Below are positions 37,197 to 47,345 of a DNA stretch of 64,000 nucleotides, in pieces. The notes under the pieces are model-generated. The model was given only the letters and a program-made list of their open reading frames with translations. It did not search any database and had not been told where the DNA came from. Every line of letters starts with the position of its first letter. Within the stretch, counting starts at the first letter, position 1. The position numbers were made by a program, and so were the translations under genes. This DNA is from Candidatus Kaiserbacteria bacterium (lineage in GTDB: Bacteria > Patescibacteriota > Minisyncoccia > Phycocordibacterales > Phycocordibacteraceae), in NCBI GenBank assembly GCA_029288865.1, contig JARIGM010000035.1, positions 26,258 through 90,257 of the forward strand. The letters run 5' to 3'.

Positions 37197-38563
37197 ACGC
37201 TCGGATACTCCGCAGTGAGTTTCTGAGCATCGCGCGTGTTGTAAAGCACATACGAGCCGGGAGCGGGATGCGAATATGCGCTGAGCCACGGCGGTTGCAC
37301 GATGCCATTGTAGTACATGACGCTGCCGAGTGTGGTGACGTTGTATACGTAAAAAGTAGGAGCATGGGCGGCACGGAGGTAATTGCCGATCGCCTGCTCC
37401 TCATATGCAAGGCTCACTTCTGGACCGTAGTCTGGATTTAAATGGAATCCGTTGTAGATCGAATACCCGAGACCAATGGCGAGCAATGCGACACCCAGGC
37501 AACAGAGCGCGAGGCGCTCGTTCTTTTTCATGTGCTGCACGAGTGCGAAGCTCATGATCGCGAGCGCGACAGCCATGAACGGATACAGTGGTATGAGATA
37601 CGAGATGGCCTTCGTTTGAGTGATGAGACAAATCGCAAGTACGCTGCCTGCCCCAGCAAGTGCTGCGATATATCCGGCGCGAAGCTCACGGGTCATGTGA
37701 TGGCGGAGGAATGGGTAGAAGAGAATGCTCGCGAGGAAGAGCTCAGACCACGGTGCGGCGAACCACGCGAGGAAGGCGAAATATCCGGAGTTCGTCGTGC
37801 TCACGATGAACAGCTGCCCTGCCACGCGATCCAATACCTGCACACCGACGTATTCGTGCCAGAACGCGAGACCGAATTTTACAGTCTCGTATATGTGCCA
37901 CGGCAATACGATGAGCAGCAATGCGGCGAGCCCGCCCCACGCATACGAATGCCGGAATATGCGGAACTCACGCAGGTACGGCGCAACTGCGACGATAGCA
38001 GCGATCGCATAGAGCACGAGCGGACCCTTTGCGAGAATGGCGAGCCCAAGGAACGCACCAAGCCATATGAGCCAGACACGGCGCGTGCGTGCTTTAAAGA
38101 ATGCATAGAGCGCGAGCATGTCTAAAAGAGACGCAAGCGTATCGAATCGAACTTCCCGAGCAGGCTCAAGAAACGCACTCGTGGCGAGGAGGATGCCGCC
38201 GCCAAAGGCCGCGGCGTATCCATTCCCTGTCACCGCATATACGATCATCATCACCACGATCACTGCGAGAAAGCCCGCAGCAGCAGCCGGCATACGGTCC
38301 GCCGTTTGCACGTCAGGCATGATCGTTTGCGACGCGCCCATCAGCCAGAAAAGAAGCGGCGGCTTTCGGAAATAATTCACGCCCAAGAAATGCAACGAAA
38401 GGAAGTCATGATTCGTGAAGCTCTCGTGGACTACCTCTGCATAGGTCGCTTCGTCATAGTCCTGGAACGGCTCTGCGCCAAGCCGATAGAAAAAGAGCAC
38501 GCCGCTCAGGACCACAACGGCTGCCATAAGCGCCACTGCGCTTTTTGGAATCTTGCTCAACAT
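37136..38563 (-). CDS. ArnT/PMT-like GT-C glycosyltransferase
   Basis: DEATYA, KPPLLFWL, LAKGP, YLIPLYP; many TM segments. Confidence 0.88.
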   Translation of the reverse strand: MLSKIPKSAVALMAAVVVLSGVLFFYRLGAEPFQDYDEATYAEVVHESFTNHDFLSLHFLGVNYFRKPPLLFWLMGASQTIMPDVQTADRMPAAAAGFLAVIVVMMIVYAVTGNGYAAAFGGGILLATSAFLEPAREVRFDTLASLLDMLALYAFFKARTRRVWLIWLGAFLGLAILAKGPLVLYAIAAIVAVAPYLREFRIFRHSYAWGGLAALLLIVLPWHIYETVKFGLAFWHEYVGVQVLDRVAGQLFIVSTTNSGYFAFLAWFAAPWSELFLASILFYPFLRHHMTRELRAGYIAALAGAGSVLAICLITQTKAISYLIPLYPFMAVALAIMSFALVQHMKKNERLALCCLGVALLAIGLGYSIYNGFHLNPDYGPEVSLAYEEQAIGNYLRAAHAPTFYVYNVTTLGSVMYYNGIVQPPWLSAYSHPAPGSYVLYNTRDAQKLTAEYPSVQFVPVVSESVLTLAEVRSR

Positions 38564-38646
38564 TTGCCTAGTATATCGGAAAACAAAATAGAAAACCTCC
38601 CTGATCTCGTAATTTTTGGAGATCAGGGAGGTTTTCTATTTTGTTA

Positions 38647-39285
38647 TTAGAACTTCGCCATCGGGAGATGCTGGCTTCCCTCCACGAGCTTCGCGAGGTC
38701 TGCCTGCGTCTTCGGCATGTGCTGAGGGTCGACGAATCCGACCACGTGAATGTTCACTCCCACACATGCGCCGAGGGCGATACTTGGGTTAAGTAAACGG
38801 CTTCCGAGCGTGACCTTATCGGTCGGGTCGAGAAGGATGTCCACCTTGTTGTGCATGCGAGCATTCATCGCGTCACCAATCACGCGGTAACCGATAAGGT
38901 GCTGGACGCTGGAGTAGCCACACGAAGCGCCACCCGTCGAATCAGGACCGTCGACAGCAATGATCGTGCCGTACGGAAGTTTCGATGAGAGGTCGCTTGA
39001 GCGAGCAGCAATCACTTCGGGATTAGAGTACACACCGATGGCCGTATAAAACGGAGAACCATCAGTCTGGCCAGGCACCGCATTATACGAGGTGAGCGTT
39101 ACCGACATGGCGGTAGTCGCTGCGGGGGCCTGAATTGTACTAACCGGGGTGGTCGTCATGCCCAGGATTCCGATCGAGTTCGTGGTTACCGTACTCGTAG
39201 AGATCACCTGTGCATTGGCCGTAAGAGGCGCTAAGACACTATTGGACAAAATGAGTAAGCCAATTAAGGCTATTTTTTTGTGCAT
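38647..39285 (-). CDS. Secreted 3D-domain-like protein
   Basis: TSYNAVPGQTDGSPFYTA, LPYGT, DAMNARMHNKVDIL. Confidence 0.75.
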   Translation of the reverse strand: MHKKIALIGLLILSNSVLAPLTANAQVISTSTVTTNSIGILGMTTTPVSTIQAPAATTAMSVTLTSYNAVPGQTDGSPFYTAIGVYSNPEVIAARSSDLSSKLPYGTIIAVDGPDSTGGASCGYSSVQHLIGYRVIGDAMNARMHNKVDILLDPTDKVTLGSRLLNPSIALGACVGVNIHVVGFVDPQHMPKTQADLAKLVEGSQHLPMAKF

Positions 39286-39588
39286 AAGTGAGCGAAGCAA
39301 AAAAGCAAAAGTACAGGCGTTATCGGCGTGTACTTCGGGATTTCTGATTCACTCTTAATTACAAGCCTATACCCGCCGAGGCAATTTGTCAAGCGTTTAA
39401 GAGGCATTTTGGAGGTGCCAGGGCAGAAAATATGGCCTATTTATTGGGTAATTTTGCGGACAGGCGGCCAGAAGCCAGAGGCGCAGATTTGGCATTATTT
39501 CACTATATTTACGTAGCTTGTCAAAAACTCAGAAATATCTCATTTCCTCTCCAGGAAGATTTGATTGCGGAAATCTTATGCTCGATTT

Positions 39589-40626
39589 ATGGACTTCCCG
39601 TCGGTTATCGAGCTCTTCGAAACAGTACTAAACGACGCCTGCGCGGCCAGTGCTTCGGATATTCACCTCTGCCCCGGGAATCCAGACCTACTCGTGCGGC
39701 TTCGCGTGCATGGCGCACTCCGCGACGTGTCCCGACTGCCTATGCAGCTGCATCCTGAGCTGCTTGCGCGCATCAAGATACTCGCGCAGCTACGGATAGA
39801 TGAACACTTGATGCCGCAAGATGGTCGATTTTCGTTCGAGCTGCCCGATGGCGCACGGGTCGATGTGCGCGTTTCACTCACGCCGACGCACCATGGCGAG
39901 CAGGCGGTGCTGCGCTTGCTCCGTCTGCATGCGGAACTGGAAACCCTGAAGGGCCTCGGGCTTCGCCGTGAGTATCGGGCAGTGATCGAAGCGGTGCTTG
40001 GGCGGCAGACGGGCCTCGTGCTCGTGACCGGCCCGACCGGCTCCGGCAAGACGAGCACGCTCTATGCCCTGCTCCGACTGCTGAACACGCGCGACATCTC
40101 GATCATGACGATCGAGGACCCGGTCGAGTATGAGATGCCGGGGGTAGCGCAGATCAGCGTACATCCCGCTGCAGGCTTCTCGTTCGCGCATGCGCTCCGA
40201 AGCGTCATGCGCCAAGATCCAGACGTTATCATGGTCGGCGAGATTCGCGACCGCGAGACTGCCGAACTTGCCATCCATGCTGCACTCACCGGTCACCTCG
40301 TGCTCGCCACGTTCCATGCGAATGATGCGCCCGCTGCCCTGCTCCGGCTCATCACGATGGGCGTCGAACCGTATCTCGTCGCATCGACCGTCGAGCTCGT
40401 GCTTTCGCAGCGACTCGTCCGCACGAAAGACGAACGTGCACGCATCGGCATCTTCGAGCTGCTTCGTTTGAATGCGGCGATGCGCGAGGTTATCGCACGC
40501 TCCGGAAGCAAGGATGCACTGCTCGCATGTGCAGATAACGCATCGTATTGGCCGCTCGCCCATGATTGCCAGGCGAAACTCGAACGTAACCTTCTTTATC
40601 CGCCAGATGTTCAGAGATATTTATGA
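39589..40626 (+). CDS. GspE/PilB-family pilus assembly ATPase, minimal form
   Basis: ASDIH, PQDGRF, GPTGSGKT, TIEDPVE, RQDPDVIMVGEIRD, TGHLV. Confidence 0.92.
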   Translation: MDFPSVIELFETVLNDACAASASDIHLCPGNPDLLVRLRVHGALRDVSRLPMQLHPELLARIKILAQLRIDEHLMPQDGRFSFELPDGARVDVRVSLTPTHHGEQAVLRLLRLHAELETLKGLGLRREYRAVIEAVLGRQTGLVLVTGPTGSGKTSTLYALLRLLNTRDISIMTIEDPVEYEMPGVAQISVHPAAGFSFAHALRSVMRQDPDVIMVGEIRDRETAELAIHAALTGHLVLATFHANDAPAALLRLITMGVEPYLVASTVELVLSQRLVRTKDERARIGIFELLRLNAAMREVIARSGSKDALLACADNASYWPLAHDCQAKLERNLLYPPDVQRYL

Positions 40627-41675
40627 AGCTCGCCCGCATGAATACGCGAGACAAGATACTATTGTTCGAGCGATTATCCCTCTATCTGAGCGCGGGTATG
40701 CCCATACTCGGCGCGATCGCATCCTTGCGACAAAGTGCAAAACGCGCATCCACCCGAGCTGTCCTCGTAGCATGCGAGGATTCGCTTCAGCGCGGACATC
40801 CGCTTTCCGAAGGGCTTGCCGCAACACCCCGCACCTTCGATGCCTTCACGATCGGACTTATCGCTGCTGGCGAATCGAGCGGCAACCTCGCAAGCTCGCT
40901 CAAGCGGATTGCCGAAACGCTCGCTCAACGCAGTGCGCTCTCAGAGCGGATCATAAGTATCTGCATCTACCCTGCCGTCGTTCTGCTCGCGACAGCGGGC
41001 CTCGGCGGCTTCCTTATATTGTATGTATTTCCCAAGATGCTGCCGGTGCTTGAAGGATTCCACATCTCCTTACCCTGGCCCACGCGCTTATTGATTGGGA
41101 TCGAGCATATCCTCGAGCATGACTGGATTGGCATCGCACTCGCCTGCGGCGCACTCGTGATTTCTTCGAGCGTCCTGATACGACGTGAAGCCGTGCGGCG
41201 TCGAATCGAAGCGATAATGCTTCGAATTCCGATTGTCGGAAATGCATATCGCACGTACGCCGTCGCGCGACTGTTCCTCGTTCTTTCCATGACCTACGAA
41301 TCGGGCATCTCGATCCTTCCTGCATTCGCGATAACCGAATCGACTCTTACGAGTTCGCTCTATCGCGAAAGCCTTCGAGCCATAAGCGCGAGAGTCGGGC
41401 ATGGAGAGAGAATCGCTGATGCATTCAATGCTACCCCACTGCTTTATCCAGACATTGCGTTTCAATTGATCGCAACCGGCGAAGCGACCGGCACCCTCCG
41501 ACAAAGCTTCACGCACATCGCCGAAATCAGCGCGAACGAGCTCGGCATCATCACTCGTACGGTTTCAGTACTGATAGAACCGGCACTGATGGCGTGCATG
41601 GGGCTGGTCGTCGGCACGATCGCGCTCGCCATCGTTATGCCGATCTATCAGATAACCGGGAGTCTCTCCGCATGA
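40623..41675 (+). CDS. PilC/GspF platform protein
   Basis: AGESSGNL, YPAVVL, LPWPTR, GEATGTL, IEPALM. Confidence 0.9.
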   Translation: MKLARMNTRDKILLFERLSLYLSAGMPILGAIASLRQSAKRASTRAVLVACEDSLQRGHPLSEGLAATPRTFDAFTIGLIAAGESSGNLASSLKRIAETLAQRSALSERIISICIYPAVVLLATAGLGGFLILYVFPKMLPVLEGFHISLPWPTRLLIGIEHILEHDWIGIALACGALVISSSVLIRREAVRRRIEAIMLRIPIVGNAYRTYAVARLFLVLSMTYESGISILPAFAITESTLTSSLYRESLRAISARVGHGERIADAFNATPLLYPDIAFQLIATGEATGTLRQSFTHIAEISANELGIITRTVSVLIEPALMACMGLVVGTIALAIVMPIYQITGSLSA

Positions 41676-43126
41676 CTATGCACGGATTCTCGACTCTTGA
41701 GGTGATGATCTCGATGGTGGTGCTTGCTGCGACCTTCAGCGCTTGTGCGCTCATCCCGCTCGCGCTTCCGGCTTCGCTCGCGAATGGAGAGCGGAGCGTG
41801 AACGAAGCCTGGAAGCTCGAAGATGCTATGGACCAGCTGCTGCATGGCGCCAGGCTGGATTTTGCGGCCACACTCGGCCAACATACGCCCGGCATGGCTC
41901 TCGCCACGAACGGGTTCGACGTGCTTGCTACTGCGAGCAGCACCTGGACCGATGTGCATGGCATGCCGCGCACCATGACACTCGCTGCGCTCGCATCCGA
42001 TCTGCGCCGCGATCATACGCCTGATCCATGCGGATCTACGAATCCTTCCGCATGGGTTCATTCGTCGCTGAGTTCGTATGCGTTCGATTCGCATCCATTC
42101 ACGAGCCTTGCCGTCTCCAGCTCGACGCTCGTGGCGCTCGTATCCGCTGCCCTCTCGGCAACCGATCCGACCGTATTCATATTTGATATCTCGAGCTCGA
42201 CACCAGCATTGCGGTCCGCCATCGATCTTTCGCCGTCCACGAAGCGCGGCAGCGCAGCTGCGGCGCTTTCGGGGAATTACGCCTACATCGCGAGCGCCGT
42301 GCAGCCGAATTTTTCCACGTGTTCCGTCTCTTCCGCCTGTACGCAATTGCAGATTCTCGATATCCACGATCCCGCGCATCCCCAGATCCTTTCATCGCTG
42401 AAATTACCGACTCTTTCTCCACCTTATGCGATCGGCACTGGCGGCCAATCCTCTGGACAAAGCATCGCGTATGCAAATGGAAAGGTATATCTCGGTCTCG
42501 TAAAAACTGGATCACCGCAAGGAGAGGAGTTCAACATCATCGACGTGCATGATCCCGCGGCACCCGCGTGGATCGGCGGTTACAAGATCGGACGCACGGT
42601 CACTGGCATCCTCGTGCGCGGTATCTATGCATATGTCACGACCGACGACCCGAACCAAGGCCTGCTGATATTGAATGTGCGCGACCCGTCCCATATCGTC
42701 CTGCTCGCAAGCTATCGGACGCAGGGCTCGAGCATCTATACCTACGCACAAGATATCGGCATCGCGAGTAGCACGCTCATTATCGGTCGCACGTATGCAC
42801 CCGGCCAACCAGAACTACTCCTCTTGGATGTCTCGACCATCACTGCTCCTGCACTCTCGAGCAGCATCGAGACTGCCGCCACCTCATCACCATGGAATAT
42901 AGACGGAGTGATCGAGACTCCCGAGATGGCGTTCGTGGAGCGAGATGCAGCCATTGATTTCTGGTCTATTGCAGATCCGCTCCATCCGTTGCAAAGTGCG
43001 CCGCCACTTTCCCTTCCGCCTTCGACCGGCGGCACGGCGCTTGCATGCGCGAACGGTGTGCTCTACGCAAGCTCGGTCTCGAGCACGAGCACGGGGTATG
43101 TATCAGTAATTCGCGGTTCCCTATGA
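41672..43126 (+). CDS. Prepilin-like protein with LVIVD-repeat beta-propeller
   Basis: G|FSTLEVMI cleavage motif; repeated GNYAYIA, ILDIHDPAHP, IIDVHDPAAP, ILNVRDPSH. Confidence 0.78.
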   Translation: MTMHGFSTLEVMISMVVLAATFSACALIPLALPASLANGERSVNEAWKLEDAMDQLLHGARLDFAATLGQHTPGMALATNGFDVLATASSTWTDVHGMPRTMTLAALASDLRRDHTPDPCGSTNPSAWVHSSLSSYAFDSHPFTSLAVSSSTLVALVSAALSATDPTVFIFDISSSTPALRSAIDLSPSTKRGSAAAALSGNYAYIASAVQPNFSTCSVSSACTQLQILDIHDPAHPQILSSLKLPTLSPPYAIGTGGQSSGQSIAYANGKVYLGLVKTGSPQGEEFNIIDVHDPAAPAWIGGYKIGRTVTGILVRGIYAYVTTDDPNQGLLILNVRDPSHIVLLASYRTQGSSIYTYAQDIGIASSTLIIGRTYAPGQPELLLLDVSTITAPALSSSIETAATSSPWNIDGVIETPEMAFVERDAAIDFWSIADPLHPLQSAPPLSLPPSTGGTALACANGVLYASSVSSTSTGYVSVIRGSL

Positions 43127-43473
43127 GTCCTGTCCGCTGCCGCGCGTTCAGCATGCTTGAAGCAATCGTCTGCCTCAGTCTGAGCGCCATGCTGCTGAGC
43201 GGCTTCTCGTCTATCCACTATGCACTTAGAGAGTCGCTCGCGCGCACGACGACAAAGAGTGTTCTTGAGAACGAACGACTGCTGCTGTTCGACGAAATTC
43301 TGCATGAACAACCAGCCAGCGTGAGCCCATTCGTCTATGAACGAGTATTCACACTCGCGACAAGCTCCGATGGCTCACCTGTACGCACGGTTCATATCGA
43401 ATTATCGGCAACGACGAGCACGGGCAGAGTGCTCACCTCATCCAGCACGCGCACGCTATGGAACAGCATATGA
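43123..43473 (+). CDS. Minor pilin-like protein
   Basis: A|FSMLEAIV motif; overlapping start/stop with neighbours. Confidence 0.7.
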   Translation: MSPVRCRAFSMLEAIVCLSLSAMLLSGFSSIHYALRESLARTTTKSVLENERLLLFDEILHEQPASVSPFVYERVFTLATSSDGSPVRTVHIELSATTSTGRVLTSSSTRTLWNSI

Positions 43474-43877
43474 ACGGATTCATCGGCATCATGAGCGCGA
43501 TTCTCATTTCTGCTTTCATGACAGCAGCCATGCTTTCCGCAAGTGCCAATGCATTCGCGACACGCTTCAATCAGCTCCGCCATATCGATGAAGTACGCAG
43601 CTCGGTGGGCGCTTATTCCTGCGCCTTCGCTGCGCTCGAGAAGTTTGAGGAGGACAGCTCCTATGATCCACATGAGAGCATGCTCGGACTTCCGTTCGGG
43701 AATCCAAGTGACGGCTGTCTCGTGCATTCGCTCAGCGTAGGGACGAGTTCACTTTCGCTCTCGCTCGAGTATCGCTCCGGGATGGCGACGAGTTCTGTTG
43801 CCGCTACTGCGCATCTGAATCCTGATGGCACCCTTTCACCCGGACCCTTCATCTTTGGCACGAGTACGCCGCCATAA
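43470..43877 (+). CDS. Minor pilin, PilX-like
   Basis: G|FIGIMSAIL without Glu5; Cys pair. Confidence 0.65.
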   Translation: MNGFIGIMSAILISAFMTAAMLSASANAFATRFNQLRHIDEVRSSVGAYSCAFAALEKFEEDSSYDPHESMLGLPFGNPSDGCLVHSLSVGTSSLSLSLEYRSGMATSSVAATAHLNPDGTLSPGPFIFGTSTPP

Positions 43878-43908
43878 CGTACTCGTGCTTATCCATAACC
43901 ATATTCCT

Positions 43909-44433
43909 ATGCTCCACCACTATAAGAAGATGCTCGCGCGGAACGCGCGAGGCTTCACGCTCATCGAGATCCTCGTCGTGATCGGTATGCTGGCGATCCT
44001 CTCGACGATTGTACTCGTCGCCGTGAATCCGCTCCGTCAATTCGCGCAAGCCCGCAATACGCAACGCCAGAATGACGTTGCTACAATCCTGAACGCCATC
44101 AGTGAACGTATCGCCGACAACGGCGGCATGTTCCGGCCTACCGGCAACACGGACGGCTGCTCCGTACAACTTCAGCCTGATCCGACGAGCATGAGCAAAG
44201 CCAGCTTCGATATTCGCTCCTGTCTGGTACCGACCTACGTATCCGAGCTCCCGCATGACCCGAGCTCCGGCAGCAATACCTGCCACTCCTCGACTTGCTC
44301 GGGGACTGACGAGTCCTACGACCTTGGCTATACTGTTTCTCAAGATAGCGCCACGAACCGAATCACAGTGTGTGCCCCGGAAGCTGCTGAGTCAGCACTC
44401 CCAGGAAGTACCAAATACTGCGTGAGTCGCTGA
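43909..44433 (+). CDS. Type IV pilin/pseudopilin
   Basis: G|FTLIEILVVIG, NPLRQFAQARN, LVPTYVSELPHDP. Confidence 0.9.
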   Translation: MLHHYKKMLARNARGFTLIEILVVIGMLAILSTIVLVAVNPLRQFAQARNTQRQNDVATILNAISERIADNGGMFRPTGNTDGCSVQLQPDPTSMSKASFDIRSCLVPTYVSELPHDPSSGSNTCHSSTCSGTDESYDLGYTVSQDSATNRITVCAPEAAESALPGSTKYCVSR

Positions 44434-44486
44434 GAAAAGGCCCCGAGACGTGCTGTTTCGGGGCCTTTTCTTCTCTCTGAACCGGA

Positions 44487-44512
44487 CTTCATGTAGACTT
44501 CATGGAGCTCAT
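44487..44512 (+). promoter_or_regulatory. Putative OmpR-family direct-repeat box
   Basis: CTTCAT gtaga CTTCAT (11-bp period) upstream of the response regulator. Confidence 0.5.
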
Positions 44513-44547
44513 GCGTAAATGATGAGGTATTCATAAAGACGATTGCT

Positions 44548-45225
44548 ATGCGTATCTTGATTGTTGAAGATGAGGCGAAGCTGGCAGAAGCCGTGAAGAA
44601 GGGCCTCGAGCTCAAAGGCTTCACGGTGGACTGGCTTGCAGACGGCGAGAAGGCACGCACCCGTATCCTGCTCTACAAGAACGAGTACGACCTCGTGCTG
44701 CTCGATCTAATGCTGCCGGATGTGGATGGCGCGACCATCTGCCGCGACGCCCGGGAAGCGGGCGTGATGACGCCGATCATCATGCTCACTGCCCGTGACG
44801 AGATCGAGTATAAGGTGGACTTGCTCAATAGTGGTGCGGACGATTATATAACCAAACCGTTCGCGTTCGACGAACTCATCGCCCGCATCCAAGCGGTACT
44901 CCGCCGTCCGAGCGATGCTCTCCCCGGGACGCTGTCGATCCGCGATATCGAGCTCGACACCGGCAAGCACACCGTCACCAAGGGCGGACAGCCGATCTCG
45001 CTCACCCTCAAAGAGTTCTCGCTCCTCGAGCTGTTCTTGCGACACCCGAATGAGGCGCTCCCTCGCGAGCAGATCCTCGACCATGTGTGGAGTTTCGACT
45101 TCCCTGGCTTTAGCAACGTGCTTGATGTACATATGAAGAACCTTCGCAAGAAGCTCGATACCTATGAAGAATCCGACCCCCTATTTGAAACGATTCGCGG
45201 CGTGGGTTACCGCATTAACGGATAG
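44548..45225 (+). CDS. OmpR-family response regulator
   Basis: ILIVEDE, LLDLMLP, GADDYITKPF, TIRGVGY. Confidence 0.96.
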   Translation: MRILIVEDEAKLAEAVKKGLELKGFTVDWLADGEKARTRILLYKNEYDLVLLDLMLPDVDGATICRDAREAGVMTPIIMLTARDEIEYKVDLLNSGADDYITKPFAFDELIARIQAVLRRPSDALPGTLSIRDIELDTGKHTVTKGGQPISLTLKEFSLLELFLRHPNEALPREQILDHVWSFDFPGFSNVLDVHMKNLRKKLDTYEESDPLFETIRGVGYRING

Positions 45226-46297
45226 TTACCAGTTCAATCCGTTCGTCCAGGCAACGGTGAACATCATCGTCATCTTGTTCGTGCTCACCATATCGCTAAT
45301 CGTGATATCCGGCTGGGCCGTGCAATACGCGCAGCGCAATACGGTGGGGTCTATCCAGCACCACATCCAGCAGGTCGTCCAAGGAACGCCTGACGCGAGC
45401 GCATCCCTTCCCCAAGCGATCCAGACCGTCCGCGACCGTACCCTCATCTACGTGTTCGCCGGGCTCGTCGCGCTCATTACGCTCTTCGCCTTCCTCTTGA
45501 TCCGCTTCGCGCTCTCCCCCACCAAAGCCTCGATGCTCATGCAGCGACGATTCATCGGCAACATCGCGCACGAACTACGCACGCCGCTCGCCGTCATGAA
45601 GACGAGCACGGAGGTGACGCTCATGGATCCGACGCTCCCGCCGGACGTGCGCGATACCCTCAACGAGAACATCACGGAACTCAACCGCATTTCCGAGATC
45701 ATCAACAACCTCCTCTCCTTCGACATGCTCATCCAGCCGCGTCGTATGAAGACCGAGCCAATCGATCTGGGCATGGTCGCGAATGTCGTGATGCAACGCC
45801 ATGAAGCGCTCGCTGAGTCGCGGAACGTCGGACTTCGCATGAACGTCAGCGGTCACCGCTATATCATCGGCAATGCCAGCGCCATGGAGCAGGTTGTGAC
45901 GAACCTCATGAAGAACGCCATCAACTACACGCCGTCAGATGGTAACGGGATGGTGGAAGTGCGCGTCGACAATGATTTCCAGAATCGCGTCGTGGTATCC
46001 GTGATCGATAACGGCATCGGTATCGCCCAGAAAGACCTCTATCGCGTGTTCGAGCCGTTCTATCGCGGCGATACGTCGCGCACGCGCGGCGTCGGAACGG
46101 GGACCAGCGGTCTTGGCCTTGCGATCGTGAACGAGATCGTGCGTATGCACCACGGCAGCATCAATATAAAAAGCGTCGTTGGCGAAGGCACGACCGTCTC
46201 GATCGCCTTCCCGCCGACCCCGACGCCATCTGAAGCGGTCGCGAACATCTTCGATACTGAAGATTCAGTCAACGAAGTCTCGATCGATTTCTCCTAA
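45164..46297 (+). CDS. Sensor histidine kinase
   Basis: 2 TM segments, AHELRTPL, NLMKNAINY, DNGIGI, GLGLAIV. Confidence 0.95.
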   Translation: MKNPTPYLKRFAAWVTALTDSYQFNPFVQATVNIIVILFVLTISLIVISGWAVQYAQRNTVGSIQHHIQQVVQGTPDASASLPQAIQTVRDRTLIYVFAGLVALITLFAFLLIRFALSPTKASMLMQRRFIGNIAHELRTPLAVMKTSTEVTLMDPTLPPDVRDTLNENITELNRISEIINNLLSFDMLIQPRRMKTEPIDLGMVANVVMQRHEALAESRNVGLRMNVSGHRYIIGNASAMEQVVTNLMKNAINYTPSDGNGMVEVRVDNDFQNRVVVSVIDNGIGIAQKDLYRVFEPFYRGDTSRTRGVGTGTSGLGLAIVNEIVRMHHGSINIKSVVGEGTTVSIAFPPTPTPSEAVANIFDTEDSVNEVSIDFS

Positions 46298-46344
46298 GCA
46301 GCATCTTCACATTCACTTCATGCGAGCGCGCGTATGATACGCGT

Positions 46345-46453
46345 ACGTGAGATCAGGCAATCGAGTTACAAGTAACCGTCGAGGCTATGAGTAAAAAACG
46401 AGGATGATTGGCCGGGAGAGTTCCTTCACCAAGGAGTTCTCCCGGCCTTTTTT
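46345..46453 (+). ncRNA. Candidate TCS-regulated sRNA, about 110 nt
   Basis: CTTCAC-N5-CTTCAT at 46305-46321, TATGAT at 46333, strong hairpin plus T6 at 46410-46453, only a 6-codon ORF inside. Confidence 0.4.
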
Positions 46454-46541
46454 ATTTCTCCCTACGGATACCATTGCCGTAGATACCAGGCACCTTATAC
46501 GAACCATTTATATAAATAGAAGAGTCCTGCATTGCAGGACT

Positions 46542-47222
46542 CTAATTTAAGGCGAAACAGGGTTGCCAAGAAGTGTTTACCACTTCATATCCTTGCTCCA
46601 CGAGAAGGTTTCGTATGCCAGGAATATGACTCGCTCCCCAGTAGGTAACGATGTTGGAATGGGCGGCATATTTTAAGATGTACTGCACCGCAACCTGGTT
46701 CCTGTAGTCACGAATAATGAAAAGTTCTCTTATCTCGTTATCTGAGTTCCCGAATGTAGTGAAAATTGCCTCCACGAGTCGAGACACTTTTTGTATCATT
46801 CCGTCCCAATCATGAAGAACGGTTTCGTCTAATGAACGTAACCCCGGGGTGAGTCTCTTCCATTCTTCGGTCGTTAAGTCGGCAAGGATCCAGGATGGCG
46901 CGGGATATATTCTGGCCTGCTGAAACGCGAGACCAAACGGTTCAAGAGCCATATCGAGAGCCTTCCATTTTTCCTTAAGTAGAGGAACGAGAGGAAGACT
47001 TGCCGGGAGGTCGAGGCCAAGGTGGCCATCCACTGATTCATATAAAACGAGGTATCCATTCCGTTCATACTCGTCGAGCTGACGCGTGATTGAATCGTAA
47101 AATGCTGGCGACCCCACGTGCGAAACACCCATAAGCACCACTTTCCGCGAACCTTTGCACAACTCAATGTGCGGAGTATGCACTATATTTTCCTGTAACA
47201 ATGTACAATCCGAGACAAGCAT
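46542..47222 (-). CDS. Hypothetical protein, TraB/GumN-like motifs
   Basis: LMGVSHVG, VLYESV, DYRN, YWGASHIPGI. Confidence 0.65.
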   Translation of the reverse strand: MLVSDCTLLQENIVHTPHIELCKGSRKVVLMGVSHVGSPAFYDSITRQLDEYERNGYLVLYESVDGHLGLDLPASLPLVPLLKEKWKALDMALEPFGLAFQQARIYPAPSWILADLTTEEWKRLTPGLRSLDETVLHDWDGMIQKVSRLVEAIFTTFGNSDNEIRELFIIRDYRNQVAVQYILKYAAHSNIVTYWGASHIPGIRNLLVEQGYEVVNTSWQPCFALN

Positions 47223-47345
47223 GATTATCCCTTCTTTTCTCGAAGATTACCTAATGACATAATAACACACACCTATAAAATGTCGAACTGTATGTTTGGT
47301 TCAGTATTGGAAGCTTCTTCTCTTAAAGAGAAAGAATATTTCTCT

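Noticed and set aside
46490-46520. cttatacgaaccattt as another cassette-boundary repeat
   Set aside because: Only cgaac is shared with the repeat; too weak despite a similar position before a terminator and ORFan.
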